From: an uncultured Alphaproteobacteria bacterium
GTDB taxonomy: Bacteria > Pseudomonadota > Alphaproteobacteria > Rhizobiales > Methyloligellaceae
Reading direction: 5' to 3'
Length of the DNA: 64,000 bases
Assembly (NCBI GenBank): GCA_963732205.1
Contig: CAVSYE010000001.1
Coordinates: 264,128 to 328,127 of the forward strand
Shown here: piece by piece, positions 30,617 to 41,309 of the stretch
Layout: the number at the start of each line of letters is the position of its first letter
How positions within the stretch are numbered: the first letter of the stretch is position 1
Translations under genes and position numbers: made by a program
The notes under the pieces: model-generated
What the model saw: only the letters and a program-made list of their open reading frames with translations
What the model was told of the DNA's origin: nothing
The model's database searches: none

Positions 30617-31342
30617 CTATTTTCTGCGGCGCCGACCGGGATTCAGAAGGTCGCGAATGCGGTCTCGCAACAATTCAGCTGAATGCTCGAGACCTAGGGG
30701 TTTTTCGGCCGCCGCGAGGAAGCGGACGACGGGGCCCGTCGCTTTACGCTGAAGAGAACTGCCAGGGGCACCGACCGAGGTTCCCGGGTCCTTCCCGGTA
30801 ATCTGCTTGTAGATCGGTAGCATTGCTGCGATCCAATGGTTGAAGGCGACGTCGCCTTGGTGCTCTTTCGGGACCGTCAGCCGACCGAATTCCATGACCT
30901 CGTCAGCACCTCGGCGAGCCCACTGTTCGATGTCACCCGCTGCCTCAATGGCCTCAAGAATCTCGGCCAACTTCCCAAGTCGCCTTGTTGCGGTGATAAC
31001 GGGATCCTCGTCGTGCTCTACGGCCCAAGAGAGAACCTTAAGAATCTCGATGTCGCCGGGGCCATCATAAGCCTCTTCGATTATTACAAGGCCACGCTTG
31101 TCGCGGCGAACGCCGAGAGCCTCAAGGAAGCGACGGGCACTCTTTTCCACCCGCTCCATTTTGCCGCGCATCTGGGTTGGTGTTGAACCGCGGGAACGCG
31201 CGAGCTCTGAGGGAGACCCACGGTCCAGCCTGAACATAAGAGCAGCGTTCTCGAAGTCCTTTTGATGCGCCATCACATCCGCTACGTCCTTGCCGACGGC
31301 GGCAGCAATTCGTGCGTAATCTTGTTGCGTACAAGTGACCAC
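30617..31342 (-). CDS. Hypothetical protein of the integrative element
   Basis: 241-aa ORF co-oriented with the excisionase; no motif recognised. Confidence 0.6.
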   Translation of the reverse strand: MVTCTQQDYARIAAAVGKDVADVMAHQKDFENAALMFRLDRGSPSELARSRGSTPTQMRGKMERVEKSARRFLEALGVRRDKRGLVIIEEAYDGPGDIEILKVLSWAVEHDEDPVITATRRLGKLAEILEAIEAAGDIEQWARRGADEVMEFGRLTVPKEHQGDVAFNHWIAAMLPIYKQITGKDPGTSVGAPGSSLQRKATGPVVRFLAAAEKPLGLEHSAELLRDRIRDLLNPGRRRRK

Positions 31343-31613
31343 TGGGGCGCGCTCGAGACAGCGAATCGTTTCTCTCCGCGGGGCAGGATTTACGGGCGGC
31401 GTCGTTTGGCATACTCAGGGGACTTGTTCGCCAAATCCACTCCTTCATAGCAAGCAGGCTCGAAATGACATATTGGGCCGCTGGATCGAGCAACGAGGCG
31501 GTCGGGCCGGGTTCGGAGCGCTACGTCGCGATCCGCAAAGACGACTTTGAGAAACGCCTCATCGGGCTCCTCAATTCGCGGGGGGCATCGCAGGCCGCCT
31601 CTATCCTCAAGCA

Positions 31614-31861
31614 GCCTTGCCACGTGTTGTTGCTTTGCCGACGCCACGCAACGCGATTTCCGTCAGACGCTTGCTGTCGCGCTCACCCGTGCAAGCCGAA
31701 GCCAAGATCATCTTGGCCAGCCTCTCTTTGAGATCAGCCTCTTGGGCCGGGGTCATTGCATTATGCGCGACACACAGATGTTTTCAGGCAGCGTCATAGG
31801 CTGCCGTAAGAGCATCGAGTTCGTTGGGGTTGAAGAAAGCCTGGTAGGCCATGAAGGCCAT
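31614..31861 (-). pseudogene. Small hypothetical protein with internal TGA
   Basis: MAFMAYQAFFNPNELDALTAAYDAA*K...GERDSKRL; resembles the 32853-33089 protein. Confidence 0.45.
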
Positions 31862-32063
31862 TGTCGTCGCTCCCGGAACGGGCGGGAGTCTTGACGCTCT
31901 CAGTGGCTGGGTTGGCCGTGACGAGCCCAGCGATCGCTTAACCTATGCCTGCTATCCTCAGCTGTCTTTATGCGCTGCACTACATCTGGGTGCGTTGCAG
32001 CAGGGTCGGGGGCAGCGCAGCATAGCAGCAATGAGAAGGTCTCTCTTTGAGGAGCGCTAGGGA

Positions 32064-32267
32064 TCACGCGCGCTTGCCGCGTTTTCTTGGCCGCGGTTGA
32101 TGACCTATGGAGAACCCCAAATTGCGCGCCTTCTGTCTCAGAGCAGCAGGCGTGCGTTTCATGGCCTTAGAAATTTTGGCTACCGGCGTTTCTGCTTTTG
32201 CATGCTTGCGTAGCTCTTTCGTCTCGGCGGCGGTCCACTCCCGCCGTTTAATCGCCTTAGCCATCAT
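32064..32267 (-). CDS. Small basic HTH-like hypothetical protein
   Basis: REWTAAETKEL...KISKAMKRTPAALRQKA. Confidence 0.7.
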   Translation of the reverse strand: MMAKAIKRREWTAAETKELRKHAKAETPVAKISKAMKRTPAALRQKARNLGFSIGHQPRPRKRGKRA

Positions 32268-32852
32268 CTGCTCCCCGTGATTGACGGGCCCTGTTAACAC
32301 GATCCGTGGCCGAGGGCCAACGAGGGCTGAGGATTCTTTGTGGCTATGGCTCGGTAACGAGGGGCCCACCCAGATAGGAAAAAAGGACCGCACCTTTAAG
32401 ACCACTCGTCCTTTTGGGCGCCACCTGGCAGATATTGCAGCGCGCCTTTGTTGGGAGCTATCTGCGTCGACTTTCTTCGTATCTCTCTCGTCGTCGCCTC
32501 CGTTTCCTTTACGCCCTGCTTCCACTTATGGGCATGAAGCAGATCGCTAGCGGCTGCGCCGCCCGGTATTCGATCTGAGGTCGCGGCGGGCTTCACCTGC
32601 CTCGTCAGTGTGGTCGCAACTAGAGGGTGAGGCACGATTCCCTTGGGTGGCAGTGGCTCACCTAAGCCGAACCGCCTCTTGGTGCGCTGAAGCTCTCGGG
32701 CAGCCCTCTGTCTTGCCTCTTTCTTCAGTCGATGCGGGGTTGTTGCTCTCTTCCTCACGATACCGATGTAGGCACAAGCGTCAAACATGCAACACTGGTC
32801 TCAGCTGTTGGCGGACGTTCAGCCGGAACTCTTGGAAAGTCAGCGGGGCGAA

Positions 32853-33089
32853 CTATGCGTCCCCGCTAGCGCTGAGAAGGAGGTCCCGAAGGGCCTCGGG
32901 GTCACTCACGCCGCTATTCAACGCAATCTCGACGAGTTCACGACGTAGATTCGCTTCGAGCTGTTCGTCGGTATCGAGCTCTCCGCTCGGCACATGGTCG
33001 CCTTTGACGGCCGCCCAGGCGCTCTCGAAAGCGCTTTCCATGACCTCAACATCGAGGGGATCGAATTCGCGTCGTAGCTTAGATTGCAT
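32853..33089 (-). CDS. Small hypothetical protein
   Basis: FDPLDVEVMESAFESAW...DPEALRD; GAGG upstream. Confidence 0.6.
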   Translation of the reverse strand: MQSKLRREFDPLDVEVMESAFESAWAAVKGDHVPSGELDTDEQLEANLRRELVEIALNSGVSDPEALRDLLLSASGDA

Positions 33090-33272
33090 GGGTCCTCTTC
33101 GCGTATCTGGCCTCATCGCCATTACGCAGGTCAGATGACCAACTTATGACTCCCGCTGCGACAATCGCGCCGAGGCGCGTCTAAAGGCCGCCGTTCCAAT
33201 TGCAATCGAGCACTCCGCCATGAGTATCGGAGCACTCCTCCGTCCACGGCAATGCCTCTTTAGTGCGCGCCC

Positions 33273-33830
33273 TTAATTGCCGAACACATCGGGAAACAGC
33301 GCCGAGGCGCCATCCATCGCACCAGTCTCGCGATAAGAAAGCGGCTCGGCTTCGGAATCCACCAGCCTGCCACCGACCACTTTTCCTAGAACCAGCCTGT
33401 GGTCGCCGGCCGGGTGTTCGTCGATGAGCCGGCACTCGAACCAGGCCAGAGCCGCACGCAACAAGGGAAGGCCCATGCGGCCCATCGTCCACTGTGAGGT
33501 AGCCATCTTCTCGGTGCTGGCCGGCCGAGCGAAATGCTCAGCCAGATCCAACTGACCTTTCTTCAGCACATTGACGCTGAACGCTCGGCCCTCCTTCAGC
33601 AAGCGATACGACGAGTGATGCGGATCGATGCTCAAGGCTAGCAGCAAGGGATTGAACGACACCTGCATGATCCAGGCGGCGGTGAAAGCATCGCGTGCCT
33701 CTCCATGGGCAACGCCCACCACGTAGACGCCCTGCGTCAACCGCTGAAACAGGGCAGCAAGGGAATCGCTCAAGTGCTTCTCCCGCCGGCGGGCATCAAA
33801 AATTGCCTGCGCCGACTTTGCCCGCACCAC
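33273..33830 (-). CDS. Flavin reductase-like protein
   Basis: GVYVV, QVSFNP, FSVNVL, GDH. Confidence 0.9.
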   Translation of the reverse strand: MVRAKSAQAIFDARRREKHLSDSLAALFQRLTQGVYVVGVAHGEARDAFTAAWIMQVSFNPLLLALSIDPHHSSYRLLKEGRAFSVNVLKKGQLDLAEHFARPASTEKMATSQWTMGRMGLPLLRAALAWFECRLIDEHPAGDHRLVLGKVVGGRLVDSEAEPLSYRETGAMDGASALFPDVFGN

Positions 33831-33835
33831 GTCGT

Positions 33836-34777
33836 TTACACGGCTCGCGGTTTGCCAGGCAGCCCGATTGTCGTCTCGAGTGCCTTTCGATCCCAGTTCC
33901 CATTGATGGCGGCAGCTTCGTAGGTACTCATGAGAAAACTCATCAGCACGCGGTCAGGATCTTTGGCCGTCCGGACGGCATCGTAGGGAAGGACGTACTC
34001 GCTGAAGGTGTCGTGGTAGTAGGCCTCCGGAGGCTGGACCGCCGCCGAAGGAAACCCTGGCGGCTCGGGATACGCATAGGAATAGAAGGCGGGCTCCTCC
34101 AGGATACCTTTTGTCCCGGCCCAAAACCCGGCACTGCTCACCTCATGCGAATAGGCCTCTTGGGTCACTCTGTCGGGGAGAAAGGGCACCCCGCCGGGGT
34201 GCAAGGGCGCGCGCCGGCCCGAGAACCGCGTGACCGCCAAATCAAAGCTGCCCCAAAAGAAATGGACCGGACTGCATTTGCCGATGAAAGCCGTCCGGAA
34301 TTCGTGCAGTATCCGGTCGACCCGCAGAAGAATGCGCCAGAATCTCTGGACGTACTCTCCGTCATAGGATGCGTGCACATAATCCTCTGTGAACCGGATT
34401 GGGTCGGGGATTTCGTTGGGCATCTCGTAGATGCACACCGCGATGCCGAGCTCGGAAAGAGCTTGCATGAGGTCGCCGTAGAATTCGGCTACCGTCCGAG
34501 GAACGAGCGGTACCTCGCGAAATGAGCCGTCATCGGTTGACGCCCGGAGCACGTACTTCAAGAAATCGAATTCAAGCTCAAAGCTGCGCTGCCCGTAGGG
34601 TATCGAAGATGTGGTTAGGCCGCGCGGCGATACATAGAGCGTGACGTGCCAAGAGTGGTTGACCCAGGGCGTCTGCGCGAGCCGGATCTTGCCAACAATC
34701 TGCGTCCACAGATGCAAGGTGGCATAAGTATCCTTCCACGCCGCATAAGGTAGGTCGGGCCAAACGTCACGGTTCAT
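33836..34777 (-). CDS. DUF5996 family protein
   Basis: TLHLWTQIVGK, NHSWH, HFFWGSFDLA, PAFYSYAYP. Confidence 0.8.
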   Translation of the reverse strand: MNRDVWPDLPYAAWKDTYATLHLWTQIVGKIRLAQTPWVNHSWHVTLYVSPRGLTTSSIPYGQRSFELEFDFLKYVLRASTDDGSFREVPLVPRTVAEFYGDLMQALSELGIAVCIYEMPNEIPDPIRFTEDYVHASYDGEYVQRFWRILLRVDRILHEFRTAFIGKCSPVHFFWGSFDLAVTRFSGRRAPLHPGGVPFLPDRVTQEAYSHEVSSAGFWAGTKGILEEPAFYSYAYPEPPGFPSAAVQPPEAYYHDTFSEYVLPYDAVRTAKDPDRVLMSFLMSTYEAAAINGNWDRKALETTIGLPGKPRAV

Positions 34778-34916
34778 CGAAGCACACGTGCTCTTTTTGC
34801 TTGGTTCACCACGCACCATCCTGCCTTTGGTCATCTCGATCGCGTCCGGGCTTTTCCAGCTCGCGCCATGAGCTTATGTATCACGCGGAGCCCGGTTCTC
34901 TAACGAGGAGGCAGTC

Positions 34917-35618
34917 ATGAGTTACCAAGGTCGGCAAGTCATCGTGACCGGGGGAACCGGAGCCCTTGGCTCCGCTGTAGTTGGGAGTCTGATCGAGGCG
35001 GGAGCGACCTGCTACGTGCCGTGGCGACATGAAGCCGAGGTTGAGCGGTTTGCCTATAGACAGCACGACCAGGTCAAGCTTTTCGGCAGCGTCGATCTTA
35101 CCGATGAGTCGGCAGTCGATCGGTTGTTCGGGGAAGTTCCGGCATTATGGGCGTCGATCCACGTCGCCGGAGGCTTTGCAATGGGCCCCGTGGCCAAAAC
35201 CGGCAAAGCCGATCTGATGCACCTCCTCGACATGAATTTCGTGAGTTGCTTTCTCTGCTGTTCGCATGCGGTCAATGCCATCGGCCGCTCGGGACAAGGT
35301 GGCCGCATTGTCAACGTCGCAGCGCGTCACGCTCTCGAATGGCGTGGCGGGGCGGGACTTGTCGCCTATACGGCGAGCAAGGCTGCGGTGGCGGCGATGA
35401 CCGTTGCTCTCTCAGAGGAGGTCGCCAAGGAGGGGATTCTCGTCAACGCGGTCGCGCCTTCAATCATGGATACGCCGACAAACAGGGCTGCGATGCCCAA
35501 GGCGGATTATCAAGCCTGGCCCAAGGTGGATGAGGTGGCAGCAACCATCTTGTTTCTCAGCTCGCCGGAAAACAAGGTCACACGAGGAGCTGTGGTTCCG
35601 GTGTATGGCCGATCGTGA
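34917..35618 (+). CDS. SDR family oxidoreductase
   Basis: TGGTGALG; YTASK. Confidence 0.9.
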   Translation: MSYQGRQVIVTGGTGALGSAVVGSLIEAGATCYVPWRHEAEVERFAYRQHDQVKLFGSVDLTDESAVDRLFGEVPALWASIHVAGGFAMGPVAKTGKADLMHLLDMNFVSCFLCCSHAVNAIGRSGQGGRIVNVAARHALEWRGGAGLVAYTASKAAVAAMTVALSEEVAKEGILVNAVAPSIMDTPTNRAAMPKADYQAWPKVDEVAATILFLSSPENKVTRGAVVPVYGRS

Positions 35619-35645
35619 CGCGGTCGTAAGAAACAGGAGTGCGCA

Positions 35646-36566
35646 ATGAGTTGGTTGCCTTCCGCTGATCCGATACTCGGGGACAAGCCGTCATGCGATG
35701 CGCTGGAACTGATCGTCGTTCCGCGCGTCCGCGATTTAGGCGACGGCTTTGAAGTCCGTCGTGCGCTGCCGAGCGAAAAACGTCAAATGGTTGGCCCCTT
35801 TATCTTCTTTGATCAGATGGGTCCAGCACAGTTTCTAGCGGGAAAGGGACTCGATGTCCGGCCCCATCCCCACATCGGCCTCGCGACGGTCACATATCTA
35901 TTTGATGGCCAGGTTATGCATCGCGACAGTGAAGGGAACGCGATCGAGATTACGCCTGGCGCGATGAATCTCATGACTGCCGGGCACGGCATTGCCCATT
36001 CTGAGCGCACTCCACAACATGCACGGCACGCCGGTGGCAATTTATCCGGAATTCAAAGTTGGATTGCTCTTCCGCAAGCGCACGAGGAGATCGACCCTTC
36101 CTTTCAGCATTTCGAGGCAGCTGATCTCCCCGTGGTCGAGGCGGACGGTGTATGGGCACGAGTCATTGCTGGATCGGTCTTCGGTCAAACAGCTCCCGTC
36201 AGCATGGTTTCTGATTGGTTCTACGCAGAAGTGACGCTTGAGCCGGGTATGAGCGCGCCGCTTGATCCCCATTACGAAGAACGCGCGATCTACATCGTGC
36301 AGGGCGAGATTGAGATTGCTGGTGAGAGCTTTGAGGCACCTCGACTTCTGGTCTTCCGGCCCGGTGATCGCATTACGGTGCGAGCGAACCGACGTGCGCG
36401 CCTCATGTTTCTCGGCGGCTCGGCTCTTGAGGGGCCACGTTATATCTGGTGGAATTTCGTGTCGTCACGGCGCGAGCGGATTGAGCAAGCCAAGGAAGAT
36501 TGGAAGTTGGGACGATTTGCGCCCGTTCCCACCGAAACAGAGTTTATCCCCTTGCCACAGAGCTAG
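35646..36566 (+). CDS. Pirin family protein
   Basis: GPFIFFDQMG, PHPHIGL, GIAHSE, IWWNFVSS. Confidence 0.93.
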   Translation: MSWLPSADPILGDKPSCDALELIVVPRVRDLGDGFEVRRALPSEKRQMVGPFIFFDQMGPAQFLAGKGLDVRPHPHIGLATVTYLFDGQVMHRDSEGNAIEITPGAMNLMTAGHGIAHSERTPQHARHAGGNLSGIQSWIALPQAHEEIDPSFQHFEAADLPVVEADGVWARVIAGSVFGQTAPVSMVSDWFYAEVTLEPGMSAPLDPHYEERAIYIVQGEIEIAGESFEAPRLLVFRPGDRITVRANRRARLMFLGGSALEGPRYIWWNFVSSRRERIEQAKEDWKLGRFAPVPTETEFIPLPQS

Positions 36567-36590
36567 ATGGCCAAGAAGGGACTGAAACCG

Positions 36591-36725
36591 ATGGAGGAGC
36601 GATACGTCGAAGACTTCCTGGCGGGGCAAACCTTTGGCTCCGCTCGCGAGCGCGCATTACTAATGAGGAAATTCAAGCCTTCGCGGCGGAATTCGATCCG
36701 CAGCCCTTTCATCTCGACGAATCAG
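36591..36725 (+). pseudogene. MaoC-like dehydratase 5' remnant, frameshifted
   Basis: RYVEDF..GQTFGS, then in another frame ITNEEIQAFAAEFDPQPFHLDE. Confidence 0.75.
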
Positions 36726-36932
36726 CCACGCAGGAACCAGCCGGGTCAGGCAGAAATTATTCTCCTGGCGCCATACCGGTCGCGCGACGAAATGCTCGCG
36801 TAAAACTCGCCTGGGACGAAAAGCGCGCGTTGAAAGCTACCTGTGCAAGCGGCATTTGCCCGCTGAATGTTGGCTTGTGTGAAGGGTAACGATTTTCAAA
36901 TGCATGACCCCTTTCTGAAAGGGATAACGAAG

Positions 36933-38603
36933 ATGGCTGATGCGCAAACCGTAACGACGAGTGTAATTGACTATATCGTTCAGCGACTTGCTGATGAAGG
37001 GATCACTGACTGTTTCGGTGTCCCGGGCGACTACGCGTTCCCGGTCTGTGACGCAGTCGAGCGCAATCCAAAAGTCAAATGGATCGGCTGCTCGAACGAA
37101 TTGAATGCCTCCTATGCTGCCGACGGTTATGCGCGCGTTCGGGGGGCGGCAATGCTGTCAACAACGTATGCCGTGGGCGAGCTGTCTGCCCTCAATGGAG
37201 TCATGGGCGCGAAAGCCGAGCGCTCACTTGTCTACCATGTTGTCGGCATGCCGTCCTACCAGAATCAACGCCTGCGCAAGACGATGCACCACACACTTGG
37301 AGACGGCGTATTCGATAAGTTCATCAACATTTCCGCTCAAGCGGCCTGCTGTCATGCCGTGATCAATCCGGATAACTGCGTGATCGAAATGGAACGCGTG
37401 ATCGCAGAAGCGCGTCGTAATAATCAGCCTGCCTACATCGTCGTTCCATCTGACTATGCCCTGGCGCCAATAACGCCGGTCGATGTTCGGCCCGTGACGA
37501 TCAAGTCCAACGAAACGTCTCTGCAAAAAGCCGTAGCTGCTATCACTGAACGGCTAAAGAGCGCGAAGTCGGTTGTGGCATTGCCGGCCTTCACGATCTC
37601 GCGTCTCGGTTTGCAGAAAGAAGCTCGCGCAGCGATCGAAGCGATTGGTTGTCCGTTCGCCACTACGTCGATGGAAAAATGCATCATCGACGAAAGTCAT
37701 CCACAATTTGCCGGGATGTATTCCGGCGCGCTGTCCACGAAAGAGACGCGCGAGATCGTTGAAGACGCCGAACTGGTTCTTGATATCGGCGGCGTCAGCC
37801 TCAACGACGAAACCACGATGGGTTTCTCCACGCGTCTCGATCTCGCGCGGTTCATTTCGATCGGGTTGAATGATGTTCGTGTTGGAGATCAACTGTTCGG
37901 GAGTGTTCGCATCGCTGACGTTCTCGCCGCGCTGACAAAATTTAAATCATCTTCTTCTCGGTACAAGCGACCATCGCAGGATGCTCTACGAGTAAATGGA
38001 AAGCCGTCGGACAAGATCACCATGGACGCGCTCTATTCGCGTTACGCAGCATTTATCCGACCCGGCGACAACGTTGTTCTGGAAAGCGGAAGCTCTAGCT
38101 TCGGAGTTTCGCCAATGCAGCTCGCTGATGATGTGCAGGTGCACATCCAAATGTTATGGGGGTCGATTGGATGGGCCACGGGAGCGACCTTCGGAATCGC
38201 GCTCGCCAATCGTAACCGGAAAACCATCCTGATTACCGGCGAAGGCTCTCATCAACTAACCGCGAACGACATCGGAAACATGGGCCGATTCGGCGCTAAT
38301 CCCATCGTCTTTGTCTTGAACAACGACGGCTATATGGTCGAGCGGGCGCTGGAATTAAATCCAGACTGGTCCTACAACGATCTCGCAAAATGGCGTTATG
38401 CAGCTTTGCCGCACGCGCTCGGATGCGCGGACTGGTTCACCGCCCGCGTCGAGACGCTGGGCGAGCTCGATGCCGCACTGAAAGCAGCCCGCGAAAGTAA
38501 ATCGGGCGCATACATCGAGGTCATCGGCGGACGAATGGATATGCCCAAAGGTCTCGCCTTCGCGCACACGCGTCTTAAGGACTTGTACGGAGATGCGCCC
38601 TAA
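36933..38603 (+). CDS. ThDP-dependent 2-oxoacid decarboxylase (pyruvate/indolepyruvate decarboxylase family)
   Basis: FGVPGDY, NELNASYAADGYAR, HHTLGDG, GEGS...LNNDGY.VER. Confidence 0.92.
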   Translation: MADAQTVTTSVIDYIVQRLADEGITDCFGVPGDYAFPVCDAVERNPKVKWIGCSNELNASYAADGYARVRGAAMLSTTYAVGELSALNGVMGAKAERSLVYHVVGMPSYQNQRLRKTMHHTLGDGVFDKFINISAQAACCHAVINPDNCVIEMERVIAEARRNNQPAYIVVPSDYALAPITPVDVRPVTIKSNETSLQKAVAAITERLKSAKSVVALPAFTISRLGLQKEARAAIEAIGCPFATTSMEKCIIDESHPQFAGMYSGALSTKETREIVEDAELVLDIGGVSLNDETTMGFSTRLDLARFISIGLNDVRVGDQLFGSVRIADVLAALTKFKSSSSRYKRPSQDALRVNGKPSDKITMDALYSRYAAFIRPGDNVVLESGSSSFGVSPMQLADDVQVHIQMLWGSIGWATGATFGIALANRNRKTILITGEGSHQLTANDIGNMGRFGANPIVFVLNNDGYMVERALELNPDWSYNDLAKWRYAALPHALGCADWFTARVETLGELDAALKAARESKSGAYIEVIGGRMDMPKGLAFAHTRLKDLYGDAP

Positions 38604-38609
38604 CAAAAT

Positions 38610-38727
38610 GGTTGCATCGGGTACCTCAGCCAGCTGGCCATTCTTCGCGTCATAGACATAGCGGTAGATCGCCACCGAGCCGGGAACAAGCGGATGTAAC
38701 CTAATGCGCCGGACATCGCTGGTCACT
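38610..38727 (-). pseudogene. C-terminal remnant of a beta-class carbonic anhydrase-like protein
   Basis: DVRRIRLHPLVP..VAIYRYVYDAKNGQLAEV. Confidence 0.55.
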
Positions 38728-39176
38728 GTGTGTACCGAAAACCTAAATGTGGACGTAGTGGTGATGACCTGTTGGCTTCGCGGGTCCCGCGTTTGCCGTC
38801 GATCTATCAAACGTAATGTCCCAGGCCCCTTGCGATGAGGCTGGCAGTGCGTGGACGAAGAAGCGGCTAAGTGCGTTGCACGAGAACTCTCAGAGGGCTT
38901 GTGAGCTGATTAAGGGAGAATGGGACAACGGGACCGGTACCTGCAAAAAGAAGTAGTTAGATTGAGATTCATTGCGGCGGGTCCAGTCGAGGCCCGCCGT
39001 CTATTGTGTTTGGCCGCGCTAGGTGCGGACGCCTTTTGGTTTGCAACACGTTTTAGGGGTTTCAGTAGTTGAAGGTGAGCCGACGGGTATTATTATCATG
39101 GGGTCCCCGACAAGCACTTTTCGGCTAAACTTTCGAAGAAGGGAGTGCCTTTCGTCTCGTCTGAGCAGGTGACCTA

Positions 39177-39632
39177 ATGCCAGCATTGACGATCAATGGC
39201 AAAGAGCGACAGCTTGATGTCCCCAACGATATGCCCCTGCTCTGGGCCCTACGCGATGTTTTGGGCCTGACCGGCACAAAGTTCGGTTGCGGGGTTGCTC
39301 TGTGCGGGGCGTGCACCGTGCATCTCGATGGCCGTCCGGTTCGATCCTGCATCACTCCCATCGCCAGCGTTGTCGGCAAGAAGGTCACGACCATCGAGGC
39401 GATCGGAGACACCGAGAGCGGAGCGAAGATCCAGCGGGCTTGGCTCAATATCGAGGTGATCCAATGCGGCTATTGCCAGTCGGGCCAGATCATGGCAGCG
39501 GCAGCCCTCATTGAGAGCAATCCAAATCCGACCGACGCTGATATCGACGCTGCCATGTCGGGCAATATCTGCAGGTGTGGCACCTACGTACGCATCCGCG
39601 CGGCAATCAAACAGGCATCGCAATCTGCGTGA
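39177..39632 (+). CDS. iorA: (2Fe-2S) small subunit of an isoquinoline 1-oxidoreductase-type molybdoenzyme
   Basis: [14 protein letters not shown]; QCGYCQSG; CRCGTY. Confidence 0.92.
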   Translation: MPALTINGKERQLDVPNDMPLLWALRDVLGLTGTKFGCGVALCGACTVHLDGRPVRSCITPIASVVGKKVTTIEAIGDTESGAKIQRAWLNIEVIQCGYCQSGQIMAAAALIESNPNPTDADIDAAMSGNICRCGTYVRIRAAIKQASQSA

Positions 39633-39649
39633 GACCATCCGAGGTTCCA

Positions 39650-40030
39650 ATGCCTAAACGGGTTATCGATCAAAAGCGAGAAACTGCGCAGAAGAGCCTC
39701 TCGCGTCGTGCTTTTCTCGTGACTAGTGTCGCTGCCGGCGGCGGATTGTTGCTTCGATTCTATTTGCCCGGACGGATCGATGCAAAGGCCCAAGCCACAA
39801 GCGATGAACTCTTACGCCCCAATGCGTTCGTGCGGATTCGCCCCGACGACAGCATCACCCTCGTCATGCCGCAGGTCGAGATGGGACAAGGCACTTATAC
39901 ATCGATGCCCATGCTCATCGCCGAGGAGCTCGAGGTCGACTTGACAAAAGTGAGCCTCGAAGCGGCGCCTGCCGACGAAAGGCTTTATGCCAATCCGCTC
40001 ATCGGTTTCCAGGTCACTGGCGGTTCGACG
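39650..40030 (+). pseudogene. iorB: Truncated molybdopterin large subunit (first ~127 aa)
   Basis: Tat motif SRRAFL, EMGQG, TGGST, then abrupt switch to transposase sequence. Confidence 0.85.
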
Positions 40031-40310
40031 CTCTATCGGCATTTCCCAGATATCGGCAATGCCGTCGCGATCGTTCGCCCTGAAACCGTCAGGCAGACAA
40101 AGATTGCTCGATCGAATGCGTTTGGCCGCGACGCAATATGTCGAGCTGGTGTCGAAGAACAAGCACCTCCGCTTCAAGCCGCCCGCGCGACATAATACAA
40201 TCGCGTAGCGCCCCGATCAGCAGCCTGAGGATCGCCCATCGCCCTCCGAGCATGCCCCGATTCGAGAATTCCGGGCGAATCCTCCCCGGATAAGGTTTTC
40301 GGAAGGGACA
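40031..40310 (-). mobile_element. 5' remnant of an rve-type IS with terminal repeat; 40031-40090 is inverted
   Basis: Minus-strand end TGTCCCTTCCGAAAACC; RLEAEVLVLRHQL; LYRHFP..VRPETV on the plus strand. Confidence 0.7.
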
Positions 40311-40510
40311 CGTCGCTTCCTGATCGCGGCCGAAAACATCGGACCGAACCGGTTCCACCAGTACCGAACCGTCTCGTGGCAGATGTCGATGCCTCGCTCG
40401 AACAGAATATCCTCGACCTGTCGCAGCGACAGCGGATAGCGGATATACATCATCACAACGAGGCGGATCACCTCGGGCGAGCTGTTGAAATAACGGAAGG
40501 GATTGCGCAT
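40311..40510 (-). mobile_element. IS6-family transposase 5' fragment
   Basis: FRYFNSSPEVIRL...LSLRQVED...CHETVRYWWNRFG. Confidence 0.9.
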
Positions 40511-40539
40511 CGCCGGAGGCTAAGGATCCTCGCCAGGAG

Positions 40540-41202
40540 CGGGTCTGTAGAATTAGAGCGAGCTCTCGCACGCCGGCTGGGTCTTTTCCTCTTCACCGGA
40601 CCCGGGATGGTACGCTCTGCCTTGATTTCGAGCTCGGCCTCGTGTCGTCGGATGAACCACAATGAAACAATTATCGCCATGAGACCGATGACGAGCAGGG
40701 TGAGCCCGACTGGACGTGTAAATGTCTCTATTTTTGTCCCCAAGTAGAACGCGGCTGACCCGTACAGCGTCGCCCACAAAATTCCACCCGCCGCATTGAA
40801 TAACACAAATCGTGGCCAGCTCATTTTATTGACGCCCGCGAGGACAGCAGCCAATGAGCGAAGCAAGGCAACGAAACGTCCAAAAAAGACGATCTTCCCA
40901 CCATGGCGCTGGAAAAGATATTCACCGAGCCTAAGCCGGCTCTCGTTGAGCCCGATGTAGTGGCCATAGCGGAGCAAGAGGCGGAACCCGAGTTTTCGCC
41001 CAATCCAATAGCCCAAATTGTCGCCGAGGATCGCACCAGCAGAAGCGGACGCGATGACCAGCCAAATGTTTAGAGAGTGCGTTTTGCCAGCCAAAAGTGC
41101 TGCCGCAACGAGGGTTGTCTCTCCGGGGAACGGAAGACCCATGCTCTCCAGGCCAACCGCAATAGCCACACCCACGTAACCGTAATGGTGAAGAAGGCTC
41201 AT
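40540..41202 (-). CDS. DedA family membrane protein (3' end runs into IS debris)
   Basis: ESMGLPFPGET, GDNLGY, FFGRF; ORF track extends it to 40468. Confidence 0.88.
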
Positions 41203-41309
41203 CGGCTGCGTCTCGAGAAATTATCTAACGCGCTCTTGCTGATGCTCAGCAGCTGCCATACGTTTGCTCCCATGACCATAGGACCGTGCACATGATTTCA
41301 AGGAGTGGC

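Noticed and set aside
27719-33200. Intact prophage at tRNA-Glu
   Set aside because: No terminase, capsid, tail or lysis genes recognised, and the integrase is only a stump.
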